From Planctomycetia bacterium (lineage in GTDB: Bacteria > Planctomycetota > GCA-002687715): a stretch of 64,000 nucleotides of DNA. Each line of letters begins with the position of its first letter. The stretch's first letter is position 1. Below are positions 44,821 to 54,481 of this stretch, one piece after another. Both the position numbers and the translations under genes were made by a program. Under the pieces are notes generated by a model that was not told where the DNA came from, made no database searches, and worked only from the letters and a program-made list of their open reading frames with translations. The stretch is from positions 20,623-84,622 of the forward strand of contig SXUL01000068.1 in assembly GCA_005790545.1 (NCBI GenBank). Direction: 5' to 3'.

Positions 44821-47345
44821 GGCCACTCCACGCGTTGGGGTGCGCGCCGTGGCCAGAGTGCGAGGACGAGCAGCGCCAAGAGCGAGCCGCCCGCCAGCAC
44901 GACTCCGGTGCGCACACTGCGGGGTGCAAAGCGGAGTGTGACTCTCTGCTGTCCCTTGGACACAGGCACGCCGATGAACTGGGCATCGCAACGCACAGGG
45001 CTCACCGTGGTCGTTGTCCCGTCCTTCTGAACAGTCGCTACCCAGCCATGGTCAAAGGTCTCAGGGATGACGAGCAGGCCCGCAGAACCCGCGTCGACGG
45101 TGAGCTCGAATTCTCCTGCGCGCGCGTGTGTCATGCGGACTGCGTCGACGCCCAGCGGCTCGACCGCGGGAAGGCTGAAGGCCGTGTCCACGACAGCTTC
45201 CGTGGCGATGGGTGCGCCTGGACTGCGCACCCACGCGGCAGCTCTCTGGGTGTCCGCCTGCTGCACCACGTGCACGAGCCACGCTTCAGGCAGCACACCA
45301 GGGTTCTCGTAGATGACGAGGTCGCCGACCGCGTCGGCGCCTCGCGGATGAACCTGCAAAGCTCTGAGTTCCGGGATGGGCTCGGAAGCCACCAGCCAGC
45401 GCACGCGCGCCAGATCGAGCAAGGGGGAGTGCACGTGCACCGCTGTGGTGCCACTGATGGCGACATCCAGAGTTCCGGCTGCCACACCCTTCCAGGTCTC
45501 CAGGACGTGGCGGGGAACCTGTTCGCGCCAGCCCTGGACATCGTTCAGGTGCAGCAGGCCCGGGAGATTGGGAATGAGGAGGCGACCGGATTCAGCGAGT
45601 GCGGCAGCGTCGTCCTTCGAGACGCGCATGATGCGCTCATGTGCGCGCGTGTTGGCCTCGAGAAAGCGGATGGCGGGTGTGGGCTCAAAGAGCGCAGTGC
45701 GCGGAACCGGCAGGTTGGCGGGTATGGCGAAGCTGAGCAATTCCGCCATGGAGAGAAGCGCAAGCAGAAAGCCCGGCTCTGCGTGGCGACGCCGGAGCGT
45801 CAGTTCGAGGATCACGACCAGCAGCAGCGCGGCGCCAGCGGCGAGCGTGAGATCCCGGGAAAGCAAGAGGAGCGCCGGCCGAATCAGTGCCGCGAGTTCT
45901 TCCACCGGTGCGCCGGCGAGACCAAGCTCGGCGCCGCGTTGTGTTGTGGCGAGACACTGCGCCGTCGCGTCGGCGCAGGCATCCGGGAAGAGCTGAAGCA
46001 GCAGGGCGGCGGTGCTGAGGATGCCGGCAGCGATCCAGAGCAAACATCGACGCCACGGGGCCGGAGAGGCTCCTTCGAGTTCTCTCCATTCGACGAGAGT
46101 GTGCAGCGTGGCGGCTGCGAGCATGGGGAAGAGGAGCACGAGCAGCACACTGCTCCGGATCGGTGCACCGATGTTGAAACCGGGAATGGACGCGGCGTGG
46201 CGGATGACTGCCGGGCAGAGTGCATGCGCAACGGCGAGTCCCGCAAGGACTGCGAAGATGCGGATCGATCCCCGGCGCCATAGCCCCGGGCTCACGAGGG
46301 CGAGCAAGAGCACGAACCAACCCGGGTGCAACGTGCGCTCACTCCAGTTCAGCGTCTGTGGCGGGACTGGCGTGGCGCCCTCGCCCAGGAAGAACTGCGC
46401 GAATGGTTGCTCACGCCATTCGCGCTCGGCCAGCGGATCACCCAGCATGCGCGGCAGGAGCCAACCCAGAGTTGCGGCGGGCCGCAGGCGGTCTTCAATC
46501 AGCGCATCAGCGGTTGCTCCCTGACGGGCCGCATCGCCACGCGCGGCCAGCACAGGCAGGATCTGCACGCTGGCAATGCCGAGTCCAAGCAGCAGCGCGG
46601 CCAGAAGGGGCAGGGCGTGGACCTTCAGGGGAGCGCGTCGGCTGACCAGCAAGAGCAGCGTGCCATAGGCTGAGACGGCCAGAGTGCCAAGGGCCGCCAG
46701 TTGCGGGAATCCGGCGAGCCAGGCGCAGCCGATGGCAATGCCGAGCAGAAAGAGTGGAGCCCTGCGCGAGCTGTTCAGGCGCCACTCCAGAGCCGCGAAC
46801 GCGAGCACCACCCAGATGAGACTCGCGACGATGGGATGGTTGTGCAGGTGCGCCGCCATCCAACCGCTGCATTGGAAGCTCACGGCGCCGAACAGGGCGG
46901 CGCCTTCGCCAAGGCCCAGTTGACGCATCCAGAATCGGAAGAAGAAACCACCGAGGAGCAGATGGATCGCAGCGAGAAACCCCATGGCGGTGAACGGGTC
47001 GAAAACTGCGGCCAGCCACTGGAGGGGATAGAACGTTCCGGCGAGGGGATTTGCGCACTGGGCCGTGCCGCAGAAGACAGTCGGATTCCACAGCGGCCAG
47101 TGCCCCGCGCTCAGTTCTTCGCGAACGAAGTGCACATCCGGAAGGATGAGGTTCACCGGATCACTGAAGGCTGTGTTGCGTGGTGCATCCGCATGCACTG
47201 CGCCCGGAATGGTTGACCAAGGAAGATCCTGTGTCGCGGAGTGGCGCGGCAGCCACACATTGCCGCTCAGGAGGCAGCCCCCGAAGAGGAGGAGCGGCAC
47301 CAGAAGGATGAGCAGCGTGTCGCGCGTTCCGCCGTGCGCGCGCAT
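44817..47345 (-). CDS. YfhO-family membrane protein (GT-C-like), copy B
   Basis: The ATG at 47345 (MRAHGGTRDTLLILLVPLLLFGG...) shares one nucleotide with the upstream stop (TGATG). Motifs GHWPLWNPTVFCGTAQCANPLAGTFYP and the C-terminal FDHGWVATVQKDGTTTTVSPVRCDAQFIGVPVSKGQQRVTLRFAP, plus a terminal TM. Confidence 0.8.
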   Translation of the reverse strand: MRAHGGTRDTLLILLVPLLLFGGCLLSGNVWLPRHSATQDLPWSTIPGAVHADAPRNTAFSDPVNLILPDVHFVREELSAGHWPLWNPTVFCGTAQCANPLAGTFYPLQWLAAVFDPFTAMGFLAAIHLLLGGFFFRFWMRQLGLGEGAALFGAVSFQCSGWMAAHLHNHPIVASLIWVVLAFAALEWRLNSSRRAPLFLLGIAIGCAWLAGFPQLAALGTLAVSAYGTLLLLVSRRAPLKVHALPLLAALLLGLGIASVQILPVLAARGDAARQGATADALIEDRLRPAATLGWLLPRMLGDPLAEREWREQPFAQFFLGEGATPVPPQTLNWSERTLHPGWFVLLLALVSPGLWRRGSIRIFAVLAGLAVAHALCPAVIRHAASIPGFNIGAPIRSSVLLVLLFPMLAAATLHTLVEWRELEGASPAPWRRCLLWIAAGILSTAALLLQLFPDACADATAQCLATTQRGAELGLAGAPVEELAALIRPALLLLSRDLTLAAGAALLLVVILELTLRRRHAEPGFLLALLSMAELLSFAIPANLPVPRTALFEPTPAIRFLEANTRAHERIMRVSKDDAAALAESGRLLIPNLPGLLHLNDVQGWREQVPRHVLETWKGVAAGTLDVAISGTTAVHVHSPLLDLARVRWLVASEPIPELRALQVHPRGADAVGDLVIYENPGVLPEAWLVHVVQQADTQRAAAWVRSPGAPIATEAVVDTAFSLPAVEPLGVDAVRMTHARAGEFELTVDAGSAGLLVIPETFDHGWVATVQKDGTTTTVSPVRCDAQFIGVPVSKGQQRVTLRFAPRSVRTGVVLAGGSLLALLVLALWPRRAPQRVEWP

Positions 47346-48106
47346 CAGTCGGCGGGCTTCCTGGCGATGACGAGAAGGGAATGTCCCGCGGGCACTGACA
47401 ACCTCGCAAGCACATGTCGCTCCGCAGCGAAGATGGTGGCGAAGAGGTTGTTCAGCCAGAGCGGCACCGGGACACCGACATTGGTGCGCTGCCCCGGACT
47501 TGTGCGGAGGAGCGTTTGCCATGCCTTCACAGCCAGCACCACCGGCAGGATCATGGGGAAGAGCAGGAAGTTGATGTAGCTCGCCTTCAGCACCCGGAAC
47601 CCCTGCAGTCGGAGTTTGCGCTCCAGATCACCCGCAGTATAGCGGCGCTGGTGGTGCACGATGCGGTCTTGATGCGTGTACAGGATCTGCCACGCAGGCA
47701 CCGAGAGCATGAGGAACCCGCCAGGTTTGAGTACGCGTTGGCACTCGGCCAAGGTCTCCATTTCAGCGGGAATGTGCTCCAGCGTGTCGAATGCCGTGAT
47801 GAGGTCGAGGCTGCTGTCGGCCAGCGGGAGTGCTTCACCATGCGCACGCAGCACATGCAGAAAGCCGCGTGCATGGCAGTGGCTGACGGCTTCCTGAGCC
47901 ACATCGGCACCGAGGACGGTGGCATGCGCATCCAGTGCCGCGAGTTCCTTCAGCATGCCGCCCATGCCACAACCCATGTCGAGAATGCGCGGTGCCGGGG
48001 GCAAGTCAAGCCGCGCCAGCATGTGGTTGAAGATGGCCTTGCGTCCGATGAACCACCAGTGGCGGTCTTCGAGATCACGGAACTCGTGGTAGGCGGACTT
48101 TTCCAT
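47345..48106 (-). CDS. class I SAM-dependent methyltransferase
   Basis: Motif I ILDMGCGMGGM, and DLITAFDTLEHIP. Two C-terminal hydrophobic helices. It overlaps both neighbours by 1 nt. Confidence 0.85.
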   Translation of the reverse strand: MEKSAYHEFRDLEDRHWWFIGRKAIFNHMLARLDLPPAPRILDMGCGMGGMLKELAALDAHATVLGADVAQEAVSHCHARGFLHVLRAHGEALPLADSSLDLITAFDTLEHIPAEMETLAECQRVLKPGGFLMLSVPAWQILYTHQDRIVHHQRRYTAGDLERKLRLQGFRVLKASYINFLLFPMILPVVLAVKAWQTLLRTSPGQRTNVGVPVPLWLNNLFATIFAAERHVLARLSVPAGHSLLVIARKPAD

Positions 48107-49032
48107 CAGCCTGCTCCCACCGGTGCGGCGATGATGAACATTTCATCACGGGGATTGACCCAGATGTAGCGCCGCGCGAACGGCCGGAAGGGTGCGAGCA
48201 CCCAGCGTGGCACATGCAACACGCGGTGTACCCGGTCCAGCAGATCACCGATGGCAAAGTACTTGCCTGCCGTTTCGCGTGAGCGCCGACGGATGCGGAA
48301 CCCGGCACGCAGAAGGACCTCCGCGATGGTCCGCGGATTGAAGTGGAAGATGTGCTCGACTTGTTTGAAGTGATGCCAGCGCGGTCCCACGACGCGTGGC
48401 AACCAGCTCGTGAGATCCTGCGTTTGCAGCACGAGAATGCCGCCGGGCCGGAGGAACTCACGTGCCTGCTGCAAGACGCCGACCGGGTCCGGCACATGTT
48501 CAAGCACATCGAACATGGTGATGACATCGAACCACTGCTTCGGAAACGGCGCGTTCGCGAGAGTGCCCTGATGGACTTCCTGCAGTCCGAAACGCTCGCG
48601 GGCATGGCGCACCATGGCTGGCGCCAGCTCAAGGCCGTGTGGTTCGTAACCCTTCTCGCGCATGGCGACGAGAAACGCTCCGGCTGCACAGCCAACATCG
48701 AGCAGGCGTGGCCCCGCGGCATGGCGCGAGATCACAGGGACCTTGCGGCGAAACGTCCGCACGTAGGCATCCACATCCCGCGTGTACGACGAGTAACCGA
48801 GTGCTTCGGAATCAGTGTTCTCGAAGTAACCGTCCCCGTAGACCTGTTCGAGCTCGGCACCTCGGCATCTGGGTGAGGTGTAGCCGAGGGTGCAATGTTT
48901 GCAGCGTCGCACCTTGAAGGGCGGATCGACAACCAGAATATCGGCATCGTTGCTGCCGCAGAGGTAACAGGGGACCTCTTCCACCGGGATGTGGGCGAAG
49001 CGCCCGAGGATTGCGGTGCTGCGGCCCGCCAT
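48106..49032 (-). CDS. class I SAM-dependent methyltransferase with N-terminal Cys4 zinc-ribbon
   Basis: CYLCGS...CKHCTLGY, then LLDVGCAAGAFL and DVITMFDVLEHVPDP. Confidence 0.85.
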   Translation of the reverse strand: MAGRSTAILGRFAHIPVEEVPCYLCGSNDADILVVDPPFKVRRCKHCTLGYTSPRCRGAELEQVYGDGYFENTDSEALGYSSYTRDVDAYVRTFRRKVPVISRHAAGPRLLDVGCAAGAFLVAMREKGYEPHGLELAPAMVRHARERFGLQEVHQGTLANAPFPKQWFDVITMFDVLEHVPDPVGVLQQAREFLRPGGILVLQTQDLTSWLPRVVGPRWHHFKQVEHIFHFNPRTIAEVLLRAGFRIRRRSRETAGKYFAIGDLLDRVHRVLHVPRWVLAPFRPFARRYIWVNPRDEMFIIAAPVGAG

Positions 49033-49038
49033 GTGAGC

Positions 49039-50532
49039 TCAGCCGAAGTATTCCTGGCCTGAAGCCACGCGCGCGTGGTCGGCGCCTTGGCCTGCGAGGT
49101 TCTCCGCGGCGGCGAGGCCCATGCCGATGCTGTGATCCATGTTGTTGTACTTGAAGAGCCCTTGTCGGCCGGTGGTGATCAGTCCACCCACGCTGTTGGT
49201 GTGCGCAAGCACGCGGTCCCGGTGAGCACGGTATTCAAGATCGTAGATGGGGTAGGCGTAGCGCTCGCGGCGCGAGAAGGTCTTCAGGATCTCGCTTTCG
49301 CGGATGAGTCCCAAGCGCCCCATGTCTTTCACCACGATGGCCTGCAACTCGGCATCGGACATGTTCCACTCGGCATCGCCATAGTCACAGGTGATCTCGG
49401 CGCAAAGGAGTGTCTTGTCAGGAGGAGCGGATTCCGCGGAGAAGTTCTTGAACTCGCTCAAGCGGTGCGTGGTGAGCGTCTGCTCCGGAAGATAGATCCA
49501 GTGATCCGGCGTGACCGTGGGGCGCGAGAGGATCATGTAGACGAAGATCATGGAGCGGTGCTTCATGGCCTCGACGGAGCGCACCACCTCGACGGGCGCG
49601 GCAGGGGCAAGCAGTTTCGCCAGCACGGTGACCGGAATGGTGGAGATCACTCGTGTCGCATCGAAGCGCTGGCGCCGGCCTTGCAGCATCACGCTGACGC
49701 CAGCGATGCGGCCCTCGGCATGATGCACTTCATCGACGCGGGCATTCGTGATCACTTGTGAGCCTGCGTTCCGGATCTCCTCCGTGTAGCGCTCGCAGAG
49801 TTTGCCGATGCCGCCGCGGCGTGGATAGAAGAACTTCGAGACGTAGGTGCGGGGCACGTTGCCGTCGCGCGAACGGAAGAGCGTCTTCTTGACGGTGTCC
49901 CAGAGACTGAGCAGCGAGATGCGCTGCGCAGCCCAGTCAGCACTGATCCGGTTGCAGGGGATACCCCAGGTCTTCTCGGTGTAGGTCCCGAAGAAGACGT
50001 CGTAGAGCTTGCGCCCGAAGCGATTCACCACCCAGTTCTCGAAGTTGTCGTCCGGTTTGCGGGAGACGATGTTGCGCAACTTCACGAGGATGTAATCGAG
50101 GAAGGCCTTGGCGAGAACGAGAGGCGGGAGGCTCCTGAGGACATTGCCGCCTTGCAGCGGGTAGTGGAAGAAGCGCCCGTAGAGGTAGATGCGTGACTGG
50201 CGCGCGGCCCAGACGATGTCGTTGCCGATGAGGCTCATGGCCTCGTCCATCACGTGCTTGTCGGTGGTGTGGAAGCGGTGGGGGCCGTTGTCGTAGTCGA
50301 ACTCGCCCCACTCGGTCTTGAGGGTGTGGCTGGCAGCGAGACCACCCACGTGGTCATCCGCTTCGAGGACCGTCACCTTCCAGCCCATGCGCACGAGGCG
50401 CAGCGCCGCAGAGAGCCCCGCCAGACCGGCGCCGAGCACGAGCGCATCCTTCGGACCATCCGCGCGGCCGGCCACGCAGCGGCTTTGGTGCTCAGGAGCG
50501 GAATCGGTCTGGCCGCAGCGGGGACAATTCAT
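49039..50532 (-). CDS. FAD-dependent oxidoreductase, UDP-galactopyranose-mutase/amine-oxidase-like, with a short Cys-rich N-terminus
   Basis: MNCPRCGQ...C, then ALVLGAGLAGLSAALRLVRMGWKVTVLEADDHVGGL and NGPHRFHT (compare Glf GPHIFHT as I recall it). It is the first gene of the long minus-strand operon. Confidence 0.8.
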   Translation of the reverse strand: MNCPRCGQTDSAPEHQSRCVAGRADGPKDALVLGAGLAGLSAALRLVRMGWKVTVLEADDHVGGLAASHTLKTEWGEFDYDNGPHRFHTTDKHVMDEAMSLIGNDIVWAARQSRIYLYGRFFHYPLQGGNVLRSLPPLVLAKAFLDYILVKLRNIVSRKPDDNFENWVVNRFGRKLYDVFFGTYTEKTWGIPCNRISADWAAQRISLLSLWDTVKKTLFRSRDGNVPRTYVSKFFYPRRGGIGKLCERYTEEIRNAGSQVITNARVDEVHHAEGRIAGVSVMLQGRRQRFDATRVISTIPVTVLAKLLAPAAPVEVVRSVEAMKHRSMIFVYMILSRPTVTPDHWIYLPEQTLTTHRLSEFKNFSAESAPPDKTLLCAEITCDYGDAEWNMSDAELQAIVVKDMGRLGLIRESEILKTFSRRERYAYPIYDLEYRAHRDRVLAHTNSVGGLITTGRQGLFKYNNMDHSIGMGLAAAENLAGQGADHARVASGQEYFG

Positions 50533-50677
50533 GGGGAACTTGAGGCACTTGGCGACGCCCGAGTGAGCGCTGCCGGTGTGGCAGAAACTACCACATGGCG
50601 CTCTGTATCGTCAAAGCGGGCGGCAGATTCAAACCTCTGTCGCAGGTGAGTTTAGAAACACTCGCGCGGCCGCCGAA

Positions 50678-51628
50678 ATGTTGCCGCACGGGTGCGCGAG
50701 GGATAGCATCCGGCATCACCCGCCACGCTGCCTGAGGGCCCTCTTCTTGATCGCACTTGTCCGCCAATCGCTGCGCTTCAGAGAACTCATCGGAACGCTG
50801 ATCAGCCGGGATTTGCGCGCCCGTTACCGGGGCAGCATTCTCGGTCAAGCATGGATGGTGCTCCAGCCGCTCGCGTTCCTCGCCGTCTTCTATGTGGTCT
50901 TTGGCTCGTTCCTCGCGAGCCGCATGCCCGCGGAGCTCGAGGCCCGCACCGGCTACTTCGCCCTGGCCATGTTCTGCGGACTCATCCCCTGGATCGGATT
51001 CAGCGAGAGCATCACGCGCGCAGCCACCTGCATCGGTGAGAGCGGGAGCCTGATCAAGAAGTTCGCCTTCCCGTCCGAGATCCTGCCGGTGACGCTGGTT
51101 CTCAGCGGGCTGGCGCAGACGCTCGTCGGCTTCGGCATCCTCGCGCTCGCGGTGTTCGTGTTGCATGGTGAGTTGCCGAATCACATCTGGGTGCTGCCCA
51201 TCGCGTTGATCCTGCAAGTGGTGTTCACACTCGGGCTGTCTTTGTTTCTCGCGGCAGCCTGCGTCTTCGTGCGCGACATCGGCAGCATGATGCCCATGCT
51301 CATGAACTTCTGGTTCTTCATGACCCCGATCTTCATGTTCGGTCGTTTCGAGCAGAACGAGATCACCGCCACGGTGATGCGCTGGAATCCGATGAGCTAC
51401 CTCATCGAGAGTTATCGAGCGATCTTCATCTATCACCCGGCGGACTGGCAGGCGATGCTGGCCACATCCACTCCGGAGATGCGCGCGAAAATGCCGCTGG
51501 TGCCTGCCGACGTGACGAGTCCGCCGCTTTGGTGGCTGGGGATCTTCGCGCTCATCGCCGTGGTCACGCTCGCCATCGGCTACACCGTCTTCATGCGCGC
51601 CCGCATGCGCTTCGCGGACGAGGTCTGA
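50678..51628 (+). CDS. ABC-2 type polysaccharide exporter permease (Wzm/TagG-like)
   Basis: RELIGTLISRDLRARYRGSILGQAWMVLQPL followed by 6 TM segments. The start is uncertain; ATG 50678 was chosen within ORF 50576..51628. Confidence 0.8.
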   Translation: MLPHGCARDSIRHHPPRCLRALFLIALVRQSLRFRELIGTLISRDLRARYRGSILGQAWMVLQPLAFLAVFYVVFGSFLASRMPAELEARTGYFALAMFCGLIPWIGFSESITRAATCIGESGSLIKKFAFPSEILPVTLVLSGLAQTLVGFGILALAVFVLHGELPNHIWVLPIALILQVVFTLGLSLFLAAACVFVRDIGSMMPMLMNFWFFMTPIFMFGRFEQNEITATVMRWNPMSYLIESYRAIFIYHPADWQAMLATSTPEMRAKMPLVPADVTSPPLWWLGIFALIAVVTLAIGYTVFMRARMRFADEV

Positions 51629-51629
51629 C

Positions 51630-52826
51630 ATGGGACGCGTCATCGTCAACGACCTCGGCAAGCGCTACAAGATCTATCCGGACTCTTGGTCCCGCGTGAT
51701 CGAGTGGGCCTCCGGTGGACGCGCTCGCCGTCACGAAGAGAAGTGGGCATTGCGCGGCGTGAGCTTTGAAGTGCCGCGCGGCAGTTCGCTCGGGGTGGTG
51801 GGCGCGAACGGCGCCGGCAAATCCACCTTGCTGAAGATCCTCGCGGGAACGACCCTGCCGACCACCGGCAGTTACAGCATCGAAGGCCGATTGGGGTCAT
51901 TGCTCGAGTTGGGTGCAGGGTTCCATCCCGAGTTCAGCGGCAAGGACAACATCTTCATGAATGCCGCGATCATGGGCATTCCGAAGGCTGAAGTGCGCGC
52001 GCGCTTCGAGGAACTCGCCGAGTTCGCCGAAGTCGGGGAGTACCTTCTGCGCCCGGTGCGCACCTACTCCTCGGGCATGAGCATGCGGCTCGCCTTTGCC
52101 GTCGCCATGATGTCGCGCCCCGATGTGCTGATCCTCGACGAGGTCCTGGCGGTCGGAGACCAGCACTTCCAGAAGAAGTGCATGGACAAGGTGCGCGAGA
52201 TCCGCATGTCGGGCACCACAGTCTTGTTCGTTTCACACTCCGTCTATCACGTGCGCCAGATCTGCGACAACGCCATCTGGATTCATGATGGCGCGGTGGT
52301 GACCTCAGGCAATCCCATCAACGTGACGGATGAGTACGTGAATTTCCAGTATGCACTTTCGGGTGGACAGTCGGCTCAGGCGGCGAAGAAAGCGGATCAG
52401 CAACCCGTTGCCGGTCAGCCGCATCTGGGCGACATGAAGATCACCGCTGCAGGCGCGGATGAATGGCGCGCTGATTTTCGAAGCGGTGAGATGGTGGATA
52501 TTCATGTGGACGTGCGGAACCCCGGTGGTTCCGGGCGCTTCCATGTAGGCGTCATCGTGAATCGCAATGACGACGTGCAAGTGTTCTCCGCGCGCACGCT
52601 CGAAGGTGGCACGGCGTTCGAAGGTGCCGGAGGCACCATGCGCTTGCGCGTGCCGCTGGCTCTCACCAGCGGCGAGTTCTACGTCAGCGGTTATCTCCTC
52701 GACGAGAGTTGCGAGCACGTGATGGATCAGCGCCTCAGTTGGTGCCGTTTCAAGGTGCAACATGGGGGCATGGAGAAGGGCGTGTTTCTTGCGAACACGC
52801 AGTGGGTCAAGAACGGCGCCCCATGA
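51630..52826 (+). CDS. polysaccharide ABC exporter ATP-binding protein with C-terminal beta-sandwich (Wzt_C-like) domain
   Basis: Walker A GANGAGKST, signature YSSGMSMRLAFA, Walker B VLILDEVLAVGD. A ~150-aa C-terminal extension carries FRSGEMVDIHVDV...GEFYVSGYLLD. Confidence 0.9.
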   Translation: MGRVIVNDLGKRYKIYPDSWSRVIEWASGGRARRHEEKWALRGVSFEVPRGSSLGVVGANGAGKSTLLKILAGTTLPTTGSYSIEGRLGSLLELGAGFHPEFSGKDNIFMNAAIMGIPKAEVRARFEELAEFAEVGEYLLRPVRTYSSGMSMRLAFAVAMMSRPDVLILDEVLAVGDQHFQKKCMDKVREIRMSGTTVLFVSHSVYHVRQICDNAIWIHDGAVVTSGNPINVTDEYVNFQYALSGGQSAQAAKKADQQPVAGQPHLGDMKITAAGADEWRADFRSGEMVDIHVDVRNPGGSGRFHVGVIVNRNDDVQVFSARTLEGGTAFEGAGGTMRLRVPLALTSGEFYVSGYLLDESCEHVMDQRLSWCRFKVQHGGMEKGVFLANTQWVKNGAP

Positions 52827-54481
52827 GTGAAGCGCCCCGCAACGCGTTCGGTCCGAACTGGCCGCTGCGGAACGTGGAGGAGACTTGCCGGCACTTCGGG
52901 CTTGGTGCTGACGAGCGCGTGCTGGAAGTCGGCGGCGCAGGCAACCCGTTTCCGCGCGCGAATGTTGTCTGTGATCTCAGCTTCGGTGGCTGTGCCCAGA
53001 GAAATGGTGCCCCCGGAGTCCTGCGCCGGGATGTCCAGTACGTGGAAGCGCCTGCCGAGAAGCTGCCCTTTGCCGATGGCGCGTTCGATTTCGTCTACTG
53101 CACGCAGGTCCTCGAACACGTGCTGGATCCCGTGGCCGCCGCGCGTGAACTTTCGCGCGTGGCCCGTCGGGGTTTCGTGGAGGTTCCGAGTCGCGCAGGC
53201 GAGATGATCAACGGCAATCCGACCCACCGATGGGTCGTGGACCGTGAGGGCGAGATGCTCGTCTTCACACCGCGCACCTACGCGGAGCACCCCTTCAGGA
53301 ACTTCTTCTACGGATTGCTGTTTCATGATGGTGAGTTGCGCACGCGTGCCGAACACACCTTCAGGAACGTGCTGAATCATCAGGTGTTGTTCGAGGGTGG
53401 ACTCGCGGTGCGCGTGGCCCCCGCTCCTGCGGAGGTCTTTCAATACGACGACGCTGATGCGGCTGCCTGGGCCCATCTCAGTTTCGCTGCGCATACGTTG
53501 CGAGGCGGCGCCGACCCGATGTATGGCTTCCCGGATGCGCTCGAAGCTGTGCGCCTGTTGCCAACGGATGCGGGAGCACGTCAGTTGCTTGCGCTCTATC
53601 ACCTGAGGCTTCTGCGGCCTGCGGATGCGGTCGAAGCGCTGGCAGGATTGGATGACGAGCGCTCCTGTGTGTTGCGCCAGGCCGCGTTGCAACTGCAAGC
53701 GGGGTGCCCGTTCGATCCGGCCACTCTGCCTGTGCCTGAGCCGGTGCGTGGCGGTGCGGCGCCAGGGCTCCGCCCCAAGGTGACCCTGCTGGTCGTCGGT
53801 GAGGAGGCGGAATCGCTGAGAGCGAGCCTTGAATCAGCGCTGACCCAGGACTACCCGGAAACGGAAGTGGTGGTGGCGACCAGTCTCGCGCGCGAGGAGG
53901 TGCTGGCAGGCCTCGATATGGGTGCGCGCTTGAAGTTCGTGGCGCTTCCCCGGGGAAGCTCCACGGGGTGTGCGCTCAACCGTGCGGCCATGCAGGCGAG
54001 CGGAGCTTGTGTGGGGTTCCTTGTGGCGCCGGACCGCTTGATGGCCCAGCATGTGGACCGGCTGGTCGCTGCACGCTCGCTCTCCGGTGCCGACGTGGCG
54101 GTCGCCGATGCACTTCTTGGCGACGGCAGTGTGCTGCGCGTGGACTGGCGTGTTGGCAATCCTGCACTGGCAGCGCTTCCTCTCTCTGCCGTCCTCGTGC
54201 GCAGCGAGGCTGCGCTCGCCTGCGGTGCGTTTCCGGAAGAGGGCAGTGATGCACCTGAGCGCTGGTTGCACCGCCTTGCCCAATCGCAGCGTGCGGTTGC
54301 CGTGCGCGAAGTGACCCTGAAGTGCCTCGCTCGCAAGGATGCGGAGGCCAGTGCGCTCTCTGTTGCGGAAGCAGCCCTCGCCTTGAAACCGCAGGAGCTG
54401 CTGCGCGATCTGATGGCTGCGCATGTGCGCGAAGAAGGGCTGCGTGCGGAGATCCGGAGACTGAAGGGGAGCGCGTCGTGA
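52823..54481 (+). CDS. fusion protein: N-terminal SAM-methyltransferase domain, helical linker, C-terminal GT2-like domain
   Basis: The ATG at 52823 forms an ATGA overlap with wzt. Motifs VLEVGGAGNP and FDFVYCTQVLEHVLDP. Later KVTLLVVGEEAESLRASLESALTQDYPETEVVV. A coiled-coil-like tail reads LRDLMAAHVREEGLRAEIRRLKG. Confidence 0.7.
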   Translation: MSEAPRNAFGPNWPLRNVEETCRHFGLGADERVLEVGGAGNPFPRANVVCDLSFGGCAQRNGAPGVLRRDVQYVEAPAEKLPFADGAFDFVYCTQVLEHVLDPVAAARELSRVARRGFVEVPSRAGEMINGNPTHRWVVDREGEMLVFTPRTYAEHPFRNFFYGLLFHDGELRTRAEHTFRNVLNHQVLFEGGLAVRVAPAPAEVFQYDDADAAAWAHLSFAAHTLRGGADPMYGFPDALEAVRLLPTDAGARQLLALYHLRLLRPADAVEALAGLDDERSCVLRQAALQLQAGCPFDPATLPVPEPVRGGAAPGLRPKVTLLVVGEEAESLRASLESALTQDYPETEVVVATSLAREEVLAGLDMGARLKFVALPRGSSTGCALNRAAMQASGACVGFLVAPDRLMAQHVDRLVAARSLSGADVAVADALLGDGSVLRVDWRVGNPALAALPLSAVLVRSEAALACGAFPEEGSDAPERWLHRLAQSQRAVAVREVTLKCLARKDAEASALSVAEAALALKPQELLRDLMAAHVREEGLRAEIRRLKGSAS

